Shown here one piece after another: positions 53,618 through 64,000 of a stretch of DNA of 64,000 nt. Location: assembly GCA_046597055.1 (NCBI GenBank), contig JBKJLC010000293.1, positions 43,974 through 107,973 of the forward strand, read 5' to 3'. The stretch comes from Kofleriaceae bacterium. Lineage in GTDB: Bacteria; Myxococcota_A; Polyangia; Haliangiales; Haliangiaceae. Within the stretch, counting starts at the first letter, position 1. Every line of letters begins with the position of its first letter. Made by a program: the position numbers and the translations under genes. The notes under the pieces were generated by a model. The model saw only the letters and a list, made by a program, of their open reading frames with translations. It was not told where the DNA came from and did not search any database.

Positions 53618-54958
53618 ATGGCTATGAAGCTTGCCCGAGCTGGTCTCGCCCTCCTCCTGACACAGGCCCTCACCGCGGCGATCGCCGTGGCCCAAACGGC
53701 TCCGGCTCCGGTCGACGACGACGACCCGACGCCGGGGGATCCGACGCCGGCCGACCCGACGCCGGCCGACCCGTTCGCGCCTGAAGCGGGCACGGAGGTC
53801 CCGACCGCGGTGACCCCGGACGCCGCGACCGCCGCCGCCGAGGCCGAGGCTGCCGCCGCCGCTGCCGCCAAGGCTGCCAAGGACGCCAAGGACGCGCCTG
53901 GCACCGCTGGCTACGACAAGGGCTTCTACGTGAAGTCGAACGACGGAACTTTCGGCCTGAAGATCACCGGCCGGCTGCACCCGTACTACACGTTCACGCG
54001 CATCGGCGAGCCCGCCAGCAACCGCGGGGGCTTCGAGCTGCGCCGCGCCCGCCTGGTGCTCGAGGGCAACCTGCACGGCAAGCACCTGACCTACAAGCTG
54101 CAGACCGAGTTCGGCCGCGGCGTGGTCGGGCTGCGCGACTTCCACTTCGATCTCGAGGTCGGCTCCGGCGTCTGGCTGCGGGTCGGTCAGTGGAAGCGGC
54201 CGTTCTCGCGCCAGCAGATCGTCTCGAGCGGCCGCCAGGAGCTGAGCGACCGCGCCATCACCGACCGCGTGTTCGGCGCCGGCCGCGACATCGGCCTCGC
54301 GATCCGCAACGACTACGAGAAGTCGCCTGACCTCGAGTGGACGGTCGGCGTCTTCAACGGCACCGGCATCGACCCGACCCAGGCCGCGACCGTCAACCCG
54401 GACACCGGCGCGGTCACGATCGGCAACCCGAGCAACGTGCCGCAGAAGTTCCGGCCGGCGCTGGTTGGCCGGGTCGGCATCAACCGCGGCGGGCTCAAGG
54501 GCTACAGCGAGGCCGATCTCGAGGGCGGGCCGCTGCGCTGGGGTGTCGGCGCGAGCGTGTGGGTCGAGGGCGACTTCGACGAGAACGATACCGCCAACGA
54601 CAAGGCCCAGCTCGACTACATGGTCAAGGTGAACGGCCTGTCGTCGACCGGCGGCGTGTACGCGATGACCGAGCAGCGCGGCCTGAAGCCGTTCAGCGAT
54701 CAGGAGCTCGAGTTCGTCGGCTTCCACCTGCAGGGCGGCTACATGGTGACGCCCACCGCGCAGGTCGCGGCTCGCTACGCGATGATCAGCCACGACAGCG
54801 ACGCGGCGCGCGACCAGCAGGAGATCACGATCGGCGGCAGCTACTACGGCTACGGCCACGATGGGAAGCTGCAGGGAGCGGTCCGGCTGATCAAGACCGG
54901 CGCGCAGGCCTTCGGCGACACGATCTTGTTCGAGCTCACCAGCAACATCGGCTTCTGA
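53618..54958 (+). CDS. Phosphate-selective porin (OprO/OprP-like)
   Basis: Signal peptide, FELRRARL, GQWKRPFS, GRDIG, C-terminal Phe; follows pstB. Confidence 0.78.
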   Translation: MAMKLARAGLALLLTQALTAAIAVAQTAPAPVDDDDPTPGDPTPADPTPADPFAPEAGTEVPTAVTPDAATAAAEAEAAAAAAAKAAKDAKDAPGTAGYDKGFYVKSNDGTFGLKITGRLHPYYTFTRIGEPASNRGGFELRRARLVLEGNLHGKHLTYKLQTEFGRGVVGLRDFHFDLEVGSGVWLRVGQWKRPFSRQQIVSSGRQELSDRAITDRVFGAGRDIGLAIRNDYEKSPDLEWTVGVFNGTGIDPTQAATVNPDTGAVTIGNPSNVPQKFRPALVGRVGINRGGLKGYSEADLEGGPLRWGVGASVWVEGDFDENDTANDKAQLDYMVKVNGLSSTGGVYAMTEQRGLKPFSDQELEFVGFHLQGGYMVTPTAQVAARYAMISHDSDAARDQQEITIGGSYYGYGHDGKLQGAVRLIKTGAQAFGDTILFELTSNIGF

Positions 54959-55149
54959 CCGGGCGGACCGGCGGGGCAGCGGGCACGGGCCGGCATCGCC
55001 CGGCAGCGCCTGGCGATCAGCCCCGGCGGCGGGTGGGGTCGGCGGAACGCGACCGAGATGTCATGAGGTCGCGACGATCGGCGACAGCGTTTTGCACACC
55101 TTCTCGGATCATGGCGCGTCTTGGTAGGGCCATCGCCCAGGAGGCCCCC

Positions 55150-56889
55150 ATGCTGCGCCGCTCCGTCTCGCGTACCCTCGCCCGCACCCTCTTCGTCCTC
55201 GCCCTCGCCCAGACCGGCCTCACCGGCTGCGGCACCCGGCGCGAGCCCCCGACCGCCGCCGACCACAAGACCGCTGGCGCCGATCTCGCCTACGAGGTGG
55301 ACGGCACCGCCGCTGGCAGCGGGCGCGCCGGCGCCAGCGCCGGGCCGGTGGCGACCGGGACGGTCACCACCGCGGTCCCGGCCACACCGACAACGTCGGG
55401 CACGGCCGCGCTGCGAAAGCACGGTCCGCCCCCGCCCGATGGCCGCTTCGTCGGCGCGTACGCCACCCCCGACATGGCGCACCCGGCCGACCCGCAGAGC
55501 GGTGAATCATTCAAGAACTACCGCCAGCACGCCTGGACCGCCTGGACCGACACCGCGACCGACCGGCTGTCGACCTTCGCCGCCGACGTCGACACCGCGA
55601 GCTACACGATCGTGCGCCGCAAGCTGACCGAGGGCGGGCTGCCGCCGGCGGCCGCGGTCCGGGTCGAGGAGCTGGTCAACTACTTCACCTACGCGTACCC
55701 GGCGGCGAGCGACCCGGCCCGGCCGTTCGCGGTCCACATGGACGCCGCACCGTCGCCGTTCAACCCGGGACGGCAGATCGTGCGGGTCGGCGTGACCACC
55801 CGGGCCAAGAGCGCGCGCGAGCGCAAGCAGGCCAACCTGGTCTTCCTGGTCGACGTGTCGGGCTCGATGCAGTCCGCCGACAAGCTCGCGCTGGCCAAGC
55901 GCTCGCTGCGCATCCTGGTCGACAACCTCAAGGACGGCGACACGGTCGCGCTGGTCACCTACGCCGGGTCGACCCGGGTGGTGCTGCCGGCGACCGGGCT
56001 CGAGCACAAGGCGCAGATCCTGGCCGCGCTCGAGGACCTCGACGCCGGCGGCTCGACCGCGATGGCATCGGGCATCGACCTCGCGTATCAGGAGGCGATG
56101 AAGGGGCTCACCCGCGGCGCGGAGAGCCGCGTCATCATCCTGTCCGACGGCGACGCCAACGTCGGGCCGACCTCGCAGGCCGAGATCCTCGCGACGATCT
56201 CCAGCAAGGTGAAGGAGGGCGTGACCCTGTCCACCATCGGCTTCGGCCAGGGCAACCTGAAGGACGAGACGATGGAGCAGCTGGCCAACAAGGGCAACGG
56301 CAACTACTTCTACATCGATGGCGTGTCGCAGGCGAAGCGCGTGTTCGGCGAGCAGCTCGGGGCCACCCTCGAGGTCGTCGCCCAGGACGTCAAGCTGCAG
56401 GTCGACTTCGATCCTCGCGCGGTCGCGCGCTACCGCCTGATCGGCTACGAGAACCGCGACCTCGCCGACGACGACTTCCGGGACGACCAGGTCGACGCTG
56501 GCGAGATCGGCGCCGGCCACCAGGTCACCGCGCTGTACGAGGTCGAGCTCGGCGCGGCGACCCACCGCAAGCTGCCGCTCGCCACCGTCCGCGTGCGCCA
56601 CAAGGCGCCGCGCGGCACCAAGGCCTCCGAGGCGGCCTTCACGTTCGACCCGGCCCGTCACGCCAGCACCTTCGCCGCGGCCTCGTCGGACTTCCGCTTC
56701 GCGTTTGCGGTCGCCGCGTTTGCCGACGTGCTGCGCGGCGCCGAGGATGCCGAGCACTGGAACCTCGCCGAGGTCGAGAAGCTTGCCGCCGCCGCCGCCG
56801 GCGCCGACCGCGACCGCCAGGAGCTGGTCGGCCTGATCGCCAGGGCCCGCGCCCTCCGGGGCGAGCCGACCGCCGCGCTCGCCCGCTGA
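55150..56889 (+). CDS. vWA-domain lipoprotein (YfbK-like)
   Basis: STFAADVDTASY, VRVEELVNYF, DVSGSM, SDGDANVG, YRLIGYENR. Confidence 0.88.
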   Translation: MLRRSVSRTLARTLFVLALAQTGLTGCGTRREPPTAADHKTAGADLAYEVDGTAAGSGRAGASAGPVATGTVTTAVPATPTTSGTAALRKHGPPPPDGRFVGAYATPDMAHPADPQSGESFKNYRQHAWTAWTDTATDRLSTFAADVDTASYTIVRRKLTEGGLPPAAAVRVEELVNYFTYAYPAASDPARPFAVHMDAAPSPFNPGRQIVRVGVTTRAKSARERKQANLVFLVDVSGSMQSADKLALAKRSLRILVDNLKDGDTVALVTYAGSTRVVLPATGLEHKAQILAALEDLDAGGSTAMASGIDLAYQEAMKGLTRGAESRVIILSDGDANVGPTSQAEILATISSKVKEGVTLSTIGFGQGNLKDETMEQLANKGNGNYFYIDGVSQAKRVFGEQLGATLEVVAQDVKLQVDFDPRAVARYRLIGYENRDLADDDFRDDQVDAGEIGAGHQVTALYEVELGAATHRKLPLATVRVRHKAPRGTKASEAAFTFDPARHASTFAAASSDFRFAFAVAAFADVLRGAEDAEHWNLAEVEKLAAAAAGADRDRQELVGLIARARALRGEPTAALAR

Positions 56890-57235
56890 CGCGGAGACGC
56901 GAGCCGGAGCGCCCGTCGATCGGACCGGTCAGGGCGCGAGATCGGCGAGACGCGGCCAGCCGCTTGCGCCTGGTGCCGGCGCGACCAGACCGTGCCCTCG
57001 GGGAGGGCCGAGCATGTCGGCGGATCTTCGAGTGGCCTGTTCGTTGGGCTCAGGAGCCAGAGGCGACTGCAGATCGCTGCACGCGCCAGCGAGCAGGGCC
57101 AGGGTGGCGGCCGAGGCCGGCACGATCAGCACCGCGTCGCACCAGAACCGGCGCGGTGTCGGTCGCCCCGGAAGAAGCCAGTGGTCCGACCTTTTTGCTT
57201 GACCGGGCCTCGCACCTCCGCTTGAATTCGTGTCC

Positions 57236-58249
57236 ATGCGAACGCTCCTGGGGACCGTTGCAGTGCTCGCGCTCGCCTTCGCTGCGGGCTGCGAGGGCGA
57301 GATCATCCTCTCGGTCGGGGGCGACGACGACGGCGAGCCGGTGACGCTCGCGTTCACCAGCCCCGACCCGGGCGCCCGCGCGGTGCGCGACACGGTCGAG
57401 CCGACCCTGGGCTGGCGGGCGGCGGTGATCGACGTGACGGTCGCGGTCACGGGCACGCCCGCGACGATCGAGCTGGCCGCCGGGGACCTCGCGCTCGGCA
57501 CGCTCGACGTCGTGACCGGTACCGGTCAGGTCCTGCTGGTCGAGCCGGGCCCGGCCACGCTCACCGCGACCGCCCGCAACGCCGCCGGCGAGGTGGTCGC
57601 GACCGCGACCGTCGAGCTCGAGGTGGCCGAGCCGGAGCCGGCCAGCTGCAAGGCCTGGCTCGATCTGTACGGCGCCGTGTACACGGTCGGGCCGACCCGC
57701 GTCGGCGTGTCCGATCCGGTGACGATCACCACGCCGATCAACGGCGTGCGGTATCGCGCGTCCGGTGCCGCCAGCCCGCGCGCCACCTTCTTCATGGACT
57801 GCACGCTGGCGCGCTCGCTGCTCGAGGCGGCCCCGCACCTGCGTGCGCGTGGCATCGTCGAGGTCACCGACATCGGGGTCTACAACTACCGCTGCATCGG
57901 CGGTGGCACCCCGCCCGACTGTCCCAACGGGCTGTCACAGCACGCGTACGCCAAGGGCATCGACATCGCGGCGCTGACCGCAGCCGACGGCACGACCTAC
58001 TCGGTCAACGACGACTGGGTGATCGATCCGAGCACCGAGCGAACCTGTGCGGCGGCGACCTCGGACGCCAAGGACGCGCTCCTGCACGACGCGATCTGCG
58101 CGCTCAAGGCCGACCAGGTCTGGAACATCGTGCTCACGCCCAACTACAACGCCGACCACCGCAACCACTTCCACGTCGATCTGACCACCGGCTCCGACTT
58201 CATCCGGAAGCAGGGCGATCACACCGACGTCGGCCCCGACGACTACTGA
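57236..58249 (+). CDS. Lipoprotein with extensin-like C-terminal (peptidase M15-like) domain
   Basis: YNYR, SQHAYAKGIDI, HRNHFHVD. Confidence 0.78.
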   Translation: MRTLLGTVAVLALAFAAGCEGEIILSVGGDDDGEPVTLAFTSPDPGARAVRDTVEPTLGWRAAVIDVTVAVTGTPATIELAAGDLALGTLDVVTGTGQVLLVEPGPATLTATARNAAGEVVATATVELEVAEPEPASCKAWLDLYGAVYTVGPTRVGVSDPVTITTPINGVRYRASGAASPRATFFMDCTLARSLLEAAPHLRARGIVEVTDIGVYNYRCIGGGTPPDCPNGLSQHAYAKGIDIAALTAADGTTYSVNDDWVIDPSTERTCAAATSDAKDALLHDAICALKADQVWNIVLTPNYNADHRNHFHVDLTTGSDFIRKQGDHTDVGPDDY

Positions 58250-58252
58250 GAC

Positions 58253-58896
<644 letters not shown>

Positions 58897-58897
<1 letters not shown>

Positions 58898-59718
58898 CAG
58901 GAGTGCCGCGTGAGCTTGCGATACTCGTTGATGTGACGGATCGCGGCGCGCGAGTCGCCGTTCTGATCGAACAGGGTCGCGAGGTTGTAGTGGGCCTCGG
59001 CCAGGCCGGCGTCGAGCTCGAGCGCGCGCGTGTAGAGGAAGATCGCGTCCTGCTCGCGGCCGCCATCCTGGGCGACCACCCCGAGGTTGTAGACCGCGGT
59101 GGCGTCGGCGGGGTCCAGCTTCAGCGCGCTCGAGAAGCACTCGGTGGCGGCCTCGGCGGCGCCGTTCTCGGCGTGGAGCCGGCCGAGGTTGATCCAGGCC
59201 TCGATGCAGTCGGGGCGCAAGCGCAGGCTGCGCTGGTAGGCGTCGACCGCGGCGGTCGGATCGGCCTCCTCGAGGGCGAGCGCGCGCTCGAACCAGTCAT
59301 CGGCGGTGAGCGCGGGTGCCGGCTCGGGCGCCTCGACCGGGCGCGCCGGCAGGTCGCGCAGCTCGCCGGGCGGGGCCGGCGTGGTCGGCGTGAACGGCAG
59401 CGGCAGCTGGCCGACCAGCGGCGCCGACTCGCCCCGGATGAAGACGTGGCCGTCGCGGGCCTCGATCGCGAGCTCGGCGAGCGACGCGCCGATCGGTAGC
59501 CGCTGCGCGATGTTGGTCAGCTCGCGGCGGGCGCGGGCGAGCGGGATCCCGGCGCCGATCAGCTCCTTCACGGTGCGCAGCGCGGACAGGTCGCGAAACG
59601 ACAGCCGCACCGGCAGCTCCATGGTCCCACACAGGCCCGCGCGCACGCAGCTGCGAACCGCCGATTCCGGCAGACCGATCAGCTGCGCCGCATGCCGCGC
59701 CGAGTAGCTCGACCACAT
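58897..59718 (-). CDS. MerR-like HTH plus TPR repeat protein
   Basis: [12 protein letters not shown]...FRDL N-terminus; AWINLG, AVYNLG, AHYNLA TPRs. Confidence 0.78.
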
Positions 59719-59762
59719 CGTGTTCAGCCCATGATTTCCAGACGGGATCCCCATGTCAAGAA

Positions 59763-60461
59763 TCAGCGGGCACGACGAGCGCTCCCGCGGGCCGCGCGCG
59801 GTCGCGGCACGCGGGCCAGGAACCCACCGATCGCGTCGGCGGCCAGCGCGATCGGGTCGATCCCGGCGCGCTTGCCGACCTCGAGCCCGTGATCGGCGCC
59901 CTCGATCTCGACCAGGCTCGCGGCCGCGAGGCCAGCGACGATCGGCCGCAGCAGGCCTGGCTCGGCGAGCGCATCGCGGGTGCCCTGCACGAACAGCAGC
60001 GGGAGCGCCACCGAGGCCAGGTGGTCGGCGCGTTCGACCGCGGGTGCGCCGGCCGGGTGGAGCGGGAAGCCGACGAAGACCACCGCCTCGATGCCCGGGA
60101 TCGGCGCCCGCGCGATCGCCTGCGAGGTCATGCGGCCACCGAACGACTTGCCGCCGGCGCAGCGCCGGAGCCCGGGATGAGCGGCGACCGCGGCCTCGCA
60201 CGCGGCCCGGGCCAGCACCTCGACCACCGCCGGCGGATCGGGGCGGCGCCGGCCGGCGGTCATCGCCGGCATCTCCCAGCGCAGGGTCGCGATGCGACGC
60301 GCGGCCAGCGCGGCCGCCAGCGTCGTCATGAACGGATGGCGCATGCCGGCGCCGGCGCCGTGGCCGAGCACGTACAACCAGGTCGGATCGGGCGGCGCCA
60401 GCCAGAGGCCGGCGATCGGCCCGCGCGGGGTGGCGATCGCGAGCTCGACCGGCTCGGTCAA
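59763..60461 (-). CDS. Alpha/beta hydrolase
   Basis: HGAGAGM, GGKSFGGR, GFPLHP, QGTRD, GADH; TTG start overlapping the upstream stop. Confidence 0.82.
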   Translation of the reverse strand: MTEPVELAIATPRGPIAGLWLAPPDPTWLYVLGHGAGAGMRHPFMTTLAAALAARRIATLRWEMPAMTAGRRRPDPPAVVEVLARAACEAAVAAHPGLRRCAGGKSFGGRMTSQAIARAPIPGIEAVVFVGFPLHPAGAPAVERADHLASVALPLLFVQGTRDALAEPGLLRPIVAGLAAASLVEIEGADHGLEVGKRAGIDPIALAADAIGGFLARVPRPRAARGSARRAR

Positions 60462-62413
60462 TCGGCGCCGACCAGCGGACCGCACGCGCCCGCTGCGCAA
60501 TCGCACGCGGCGGGCGCGGCGGCGCCGCAGCCGTTGACGATCGTCCCGTCCCTGAGAAACCGCTCGATCTGGTCCATGATCCGCTCGCGGCGGCGCGGGT
60601 TGTCGTGCGCGATGTTGCCGCGCTCGTGCTGAAGGTTGGTCTCGGGCGGCAGCGGGGTCGGGTGCTCGTCGACGATCACCAGCGCCGACGTCGGCGCGCC
60701 GGTCGCAGCCGACAGCCCGTACGGCAGCTCGATCGACGGCGTCAGCACCGGCAGCTGCATCGTGCGCGCCTGCAGGTAGGTGGCGAGGTTGGTGACCTGG
60801 GCGTCGCCCTTGCTCGCGTGCAGGAGGTACTGCTTGCCGGTCGTGCCGGGCTCGGCCGCGAGCGACGCCCAGTGGGCCGGGTCGATGACGTCGAGCGCCA
60901 TCTGCAGGATCTGCTCGACCATGAGCACCGACAGCGGGTCCGAGTACGAGCCCTTGAGCGGCAGGCCGAGCACGGCCCAGTTGGTCGAGCGCTCGAACAG
61001 GAGGCTCCACGCGGCGCCACCGACGTGCAGGGCGGCCCGACGCAGGGTGGGATCGATCGCGAAGAAGGTGCTGCCGAGGATCGAGCCCTGCGAGATGCCA
61101 TAGAAGGTGACGTCGTCGGGCTCGACCACGCTGGCGCCGTCGGCGTCGACCAGCAGGTCGGTGGCCAGCTTGCCGCGGGCGAGCTGGGTCAGCGCGAGCA
61201 TGTCGACCACGCCCTGGACGATCCGCTCGCCGACCGGGAACGCGCGGTTCATGTCACCCATCGCGAGCAGGACGTCGCTGGTGTCGAACTGCGACATCCC
61301 GCGCCAGTCGGTGCCGATCACGACCCGGCAGCCCCGGGCCGCGAAGCGCTGCAGATAGCGGCCGCCGCTCTCCTCGATACCGCCGAGGAAGCCGTGGCCG
61401 AACACCGTGATGCCGACCCGGGCCGCGCTGGTGGCGCAGGTCGGGATGAGGGCGACGCCGCGGGTCACGGTGGTGCCGACCGCGATCGGGACCCCAGCGC
61501 CATCGCGGAGGAGGCCGCTGTCGTCGCGCACGTTGGGCGCATCGAACATGAAGGTGACCTTCTTGGCGATGCCCGCGCTGGGGTTGGCCTCGACCGCCAC
61601 GTCGTGGAGCTGGAGGTTGGCGCCATTGGCGCCGGCGACCACGAGCGCGGCGTCGCGCGCGGCCAGCAGGTCGCGACGCAGCTCGTCGTCGGGCGCGGTC
61701 ACGAAGTCCCAGGCGACCAGCAGGTCGGCGGCGGCCAGGCCGCGCGCCGCCAGGATCGCGAGCACCTCGGTCTGGCGGGTGCGCATGCCCTCGAGCAGCG
61801 GGTGGTCGGTCACCGTGCCGGACACCAGGGCCGCGAAGCCGGGCGGCACCGGCACCGCGCCGCCGCCGGCCTCGGCGAGCGTCTTCTTGATCGCGACGAT
61901 GTAGCGACGGCCGGCGCCGAGCCGCGCCGCCGGCCGCAGGTACAGGCCCTGGGCGGTCAGCTGGGTCGGGTTGACGTTGACGTCGAGCTCCGCGAAGTGC
62001 GGCACCAGTGCGTCGGCGGTGACGTCGAGGATCACGGTCGGGCTGTCGCCGGTGAGGCTGCGGGCGATGTCGCCGGCCGGGACCAGGTTGGCGCCGGCGA
62101 GCGGCACCCCGAAGTGAGCGACGATCTGGGTCGCCGGCGAGAAGCCGCTGCGCCCGTTGATCAGGTCGGGCTGGAAGGCCGCGCCGCCGCCGCTCGGGGG
62201 CACCGCGCCGACCGGAAACGCCAGCCGGTAGCCGGTGGTCGAGGTGGCGTCGGCCGCGAGGTACGCCGACGGCGGCCACGGCGCCATGCACGAGCCGCCG
62301 CCGAGCGGATTGCACTCGGCGGGGACGTCGAGGTGGAGCTCGTCATCGCCCCCGCAGGCGGCGAGTCCGATCGGGAGGAGAGCGGCGAGCAGGATCGCGA
62401 GGCGCGGAGACAT
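60458..62413 (-). CDS. Secreted lipoprotein with alpha/beta-hydrolase-like C-terminal domain
   Basis: Lipobox LAAC, FGHGFLG, GISQG nucleophile elbow. Confidence 0.7.
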   Translation of the reverse strand: MSPRLAILLAALLPIGLAACGGDDELHLDVPAECNPLGGGSCMAPWPPSAYLAADATSTTGYRLAFPVGAVPPSGGGAAFQPDLINGRSGFSPATQIVAHFGVPLAGANLVPAGDIARSLTGDSPTVILDVTADALVPHFAELDVNVNPTQLTAQGLYLRPAARLGAGRRYIVAIKKTLAEAGGGAVPVPPGFAALVSGTVTDHPLLEGMRTRQTEVLAILAARGLAAADLLVAWDFVTAPDDELRRDLLAARDAALVVAGANGANLQLHDVAVEANPSAGIAKKVTFMFDAPNVRDDSGLLRDGAGVPIAVGTTVTRGVALIPTCATSAARVGITVFGHGFLGGIEESGGRYLQRFAARGCRVVIGTDWRGMSQFDTSDVLLAMGDMNRAFPVGERIVQGVVDMLALTQLARGKLATDLLVDADGASVVEPDDVTFYGISQGSILGSTFFAIDPTLRRAALHVGGAAWSLLFERSTNWAVLGLPLKGSYSDPLSVLMVEQILQMALDVIDPAHWASLAAEPGTTGKQYLLHASKGDAQVTNLATYLQARTMQLPVLTPSIELPYGLSAATGAPTSALVIVDEHPTPLPPETNLQHERGNIAHDNPRRRERIMDQIERFLRDGTIVNGCGAAAPAACDCAAGACGPLVGAD

Positions 62414-62692
62414 CGCGCGGAGGCTACCTCGCCCGTGGTCGCGCGGATACGGCTTCCTCCGGGTCAGGATCCGGGTTCGACCTGAGACGAGCGAAGCGAG
62501 GCGGCTCAGGTTCCGTACAGATCGGGCGCGGCCTCCGGGCCGCGGCCGACCGGTCGAAAGGGAGGGTGGGATTCGAAAGAATCACAGCCCCTGTGGCGGG
62601 ATCACGGCCCCGGACTCGTCGCGGCACGGCCCGCCCACGCCCGTCGCGGACTTGCAGGCGGTGGTGTGAGATTCGCGTCAAGCGCGGCTACC

Positions 62693-63805
62693 ATGCGCGG
62701 GTTGCGTAGCCCGACCTGCCTCGTCGCCCTCGCCGTCGTCACCGCCGGCTGTCACGTCACGGTCCAGTTCGAGGACACGCGCCGCGGCGAGACCCGGCGC
62801 GAGCGCGCCGACACCCCGCGGCCGATCGCGCCGTCGCTGACGGTGACCACCGACGGTCGGTTCCGGCTGATCGAGCCGCTGGTGTGCCCGGTCGAGAGCG
62901 TGACCGAGATGGACACGGTCGCGGTGACCCGGATCGGGCCCAACCTCGCGACGGTGGTGGTCGGCGTCATCGCGGTCGCCGCCGGGGCGGTCGCCAGCGC
63001 CAGCGGCTGGGCCAGCGACGACCCGGCGAGCGCGCCCCTGAGCTACCTGGGCCCGGCCGCCGTGGCCGGTGGCGCCACCTTCGCGATCGGCGCGCTGATC
63101 GGCAACGGCGTCGAGGAGCGGCCGAGCGGCACCCGGCTGGTGCGCGCCCGCGCCGGCGACGAGCGGTGCGGGGAGCGTGGCCTGGCCGCGACCCGGGCGA
63201 CCCTCACGTGGCGCGGCCTGCGCGCGCGGTCGGCGGTCGACGCCGACGGCTACCTGGCGCTGTCGCCGTTCAGCCTGGTCGACGCGTTCGACGTCGGCGC
63301 CCTGCCCGCGCTCGCGCTGGCGGTCGAGATCGAGCGCGCCGGCGGACCGCTGGCGGTGGAGGTCGTGATCGATGCGTCCGAGCTGGCGCGCGGGCGCGAC
63401 GGCTTCCTCGCCGGCGCCGGGATCGACGCGGCGGTCGTGGCGCTGCGCAAGGTGCCGCGGCTCGAGCCGGGCGAGCTGCGGGTGGCGCGGGTCGGGCGCG
63501 ATGGCCAGCGCGCGCTCCGCCTCGTGCTGCCGGTCGTCAACACCGGCCCCGGCGATGCCTACGGCGTCCGGCTGGCGATCGGCGCCAGCAGCCCGGAGCT
63601 CGACGGCCGCGTCATCTACGTCGGGCGGGTCGCGGCCAAGGCGTCGATCGAGGTGGTCGGCGAGATCGCGATCTCTGACGAGGCCGATCGTGCGCTCGCC
63701 GGCGCCGTGCTCGCGGTGACCGCGCTGATCAAGGATGCGCACGACACCGCGCCCGACGCGCCGGTGCGGTTCCGCGGCGCGGTGCAGGCCGCGCCGGGGC
63801 GGTGA
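62693..63805 (+). CDS. Hypothetical lipoprotein
   Basis: Lipobox TAGC, GC3-rich codons. Confidence 0.55.
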   Translation: MRGLRSPTCLVALAVVTAGCHVTVQFEDTRRGETRRERADTPRPIAPSLTVTTDGRFRLIEPLVCPVESVTEMDTVAVTRIGPNLATVVVGVIAVAAGAVASASGWASDDPASAPLSYLGPAAVAGGATFAIGALIGNGVEERPSGTRLVRARAGDERCGERGLAATRATLTWRGLRARSAVDADGYLALSPFSLVDAFDVGALPALALAVEIERAGGPLAVEVVIDASELARGRDGFLAGAGIDAAVVALRKVPRLEPGELRVARVGRDGQRALRLVLPVVNTGPGDAYGVRLAIGASSPELDGRVIYVGRVAAKASIEVVGEIAISDEADRALAGAVLAVTALIKDAHDTAPDAPVRFRGAVQAAPGR

Positions 63806-63825
63806 GCGGGCCGGGGGTGGCGCGG

Positions 63826-64000
63826 GGCAGCCGCAGCGGCAGCGGCACCGGCAGCGGCAGCGGCACCGGCAGCGGCAGCGGCACCGGCAGCGGCAGCGGC
63901 AGCGGCAACGGCAGCGGCACCAGCACCAGCACCAGCACCAGCACCAGCACCAGCACCAGCACCAGCACCAGCACCAGCACCAGCACCAGCACCAGCACCA
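63826..64000. repeat. Hexameric tandem repeat (GGCAGC/GGCACC units switching to CAGCAC), running off the window
   Basis: Directly visible after the lipoprotein stop codon. Confidence 0.9.

Noticed and set aside
63729..63998. Poly-LV/PL ORF
   Set aside because: Translation of the hexamer repeat; it overlaps the lipoprotein gene antisense and has no supporting motif

Overview
GC-rich bacterial DNA that looks myxobacterial (MYXO-CTERM protein, Ser/Thr kinase and PP2C phosphatases, sigma54 systems). Most of the window is ordinary: an Mla/MCE ABC operon, a TolC-MFP-RND efflux operon divergent from a histidine kinase/sigma54 activator pair, DUF2760-Hsp70 genes, signalling genes, pepP, GST, yhbY, and a phoBR-frmA-pstSCAB-porin cluster with Pho boxes. 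A small CxxU Rdx-family selenoprotein (19238-19456) is missing from the ORF track. The standout is a ~7 kb minus-strand RNA operon (23.8-30.8 kb). It holds 30 tRNA genes (one degenerate) whose anticodons cover all 20 amino acids, many with non-canonical features. It also holds an HNH nuclease, a Ro60/Rsr (TROVE) gene and seven Y-RNA-like RNAs sharing an animal-type bulged-C helix (GGGC-C-G / YGYCY) plus a GGUUAUC-like motif. Five of these are circularly permuted tRNA-Y chimeras, with the module replacing the anticodon loop or the D and anticodon arms. One is a minimal Y RNA. One carries a 27/29 copy of 23S rRNA helix 69 and its 3' flank. Similar hairpins sit in the leaders of both protein genes. 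The operon is preceded by a leader ORF with terminator/antiterminator geometry and contains a boxA-like element. All RNA calls were folded by eye, and reference sequences (human Y RNAs, E. coli 23S) were compared from memory. No database searches were run.
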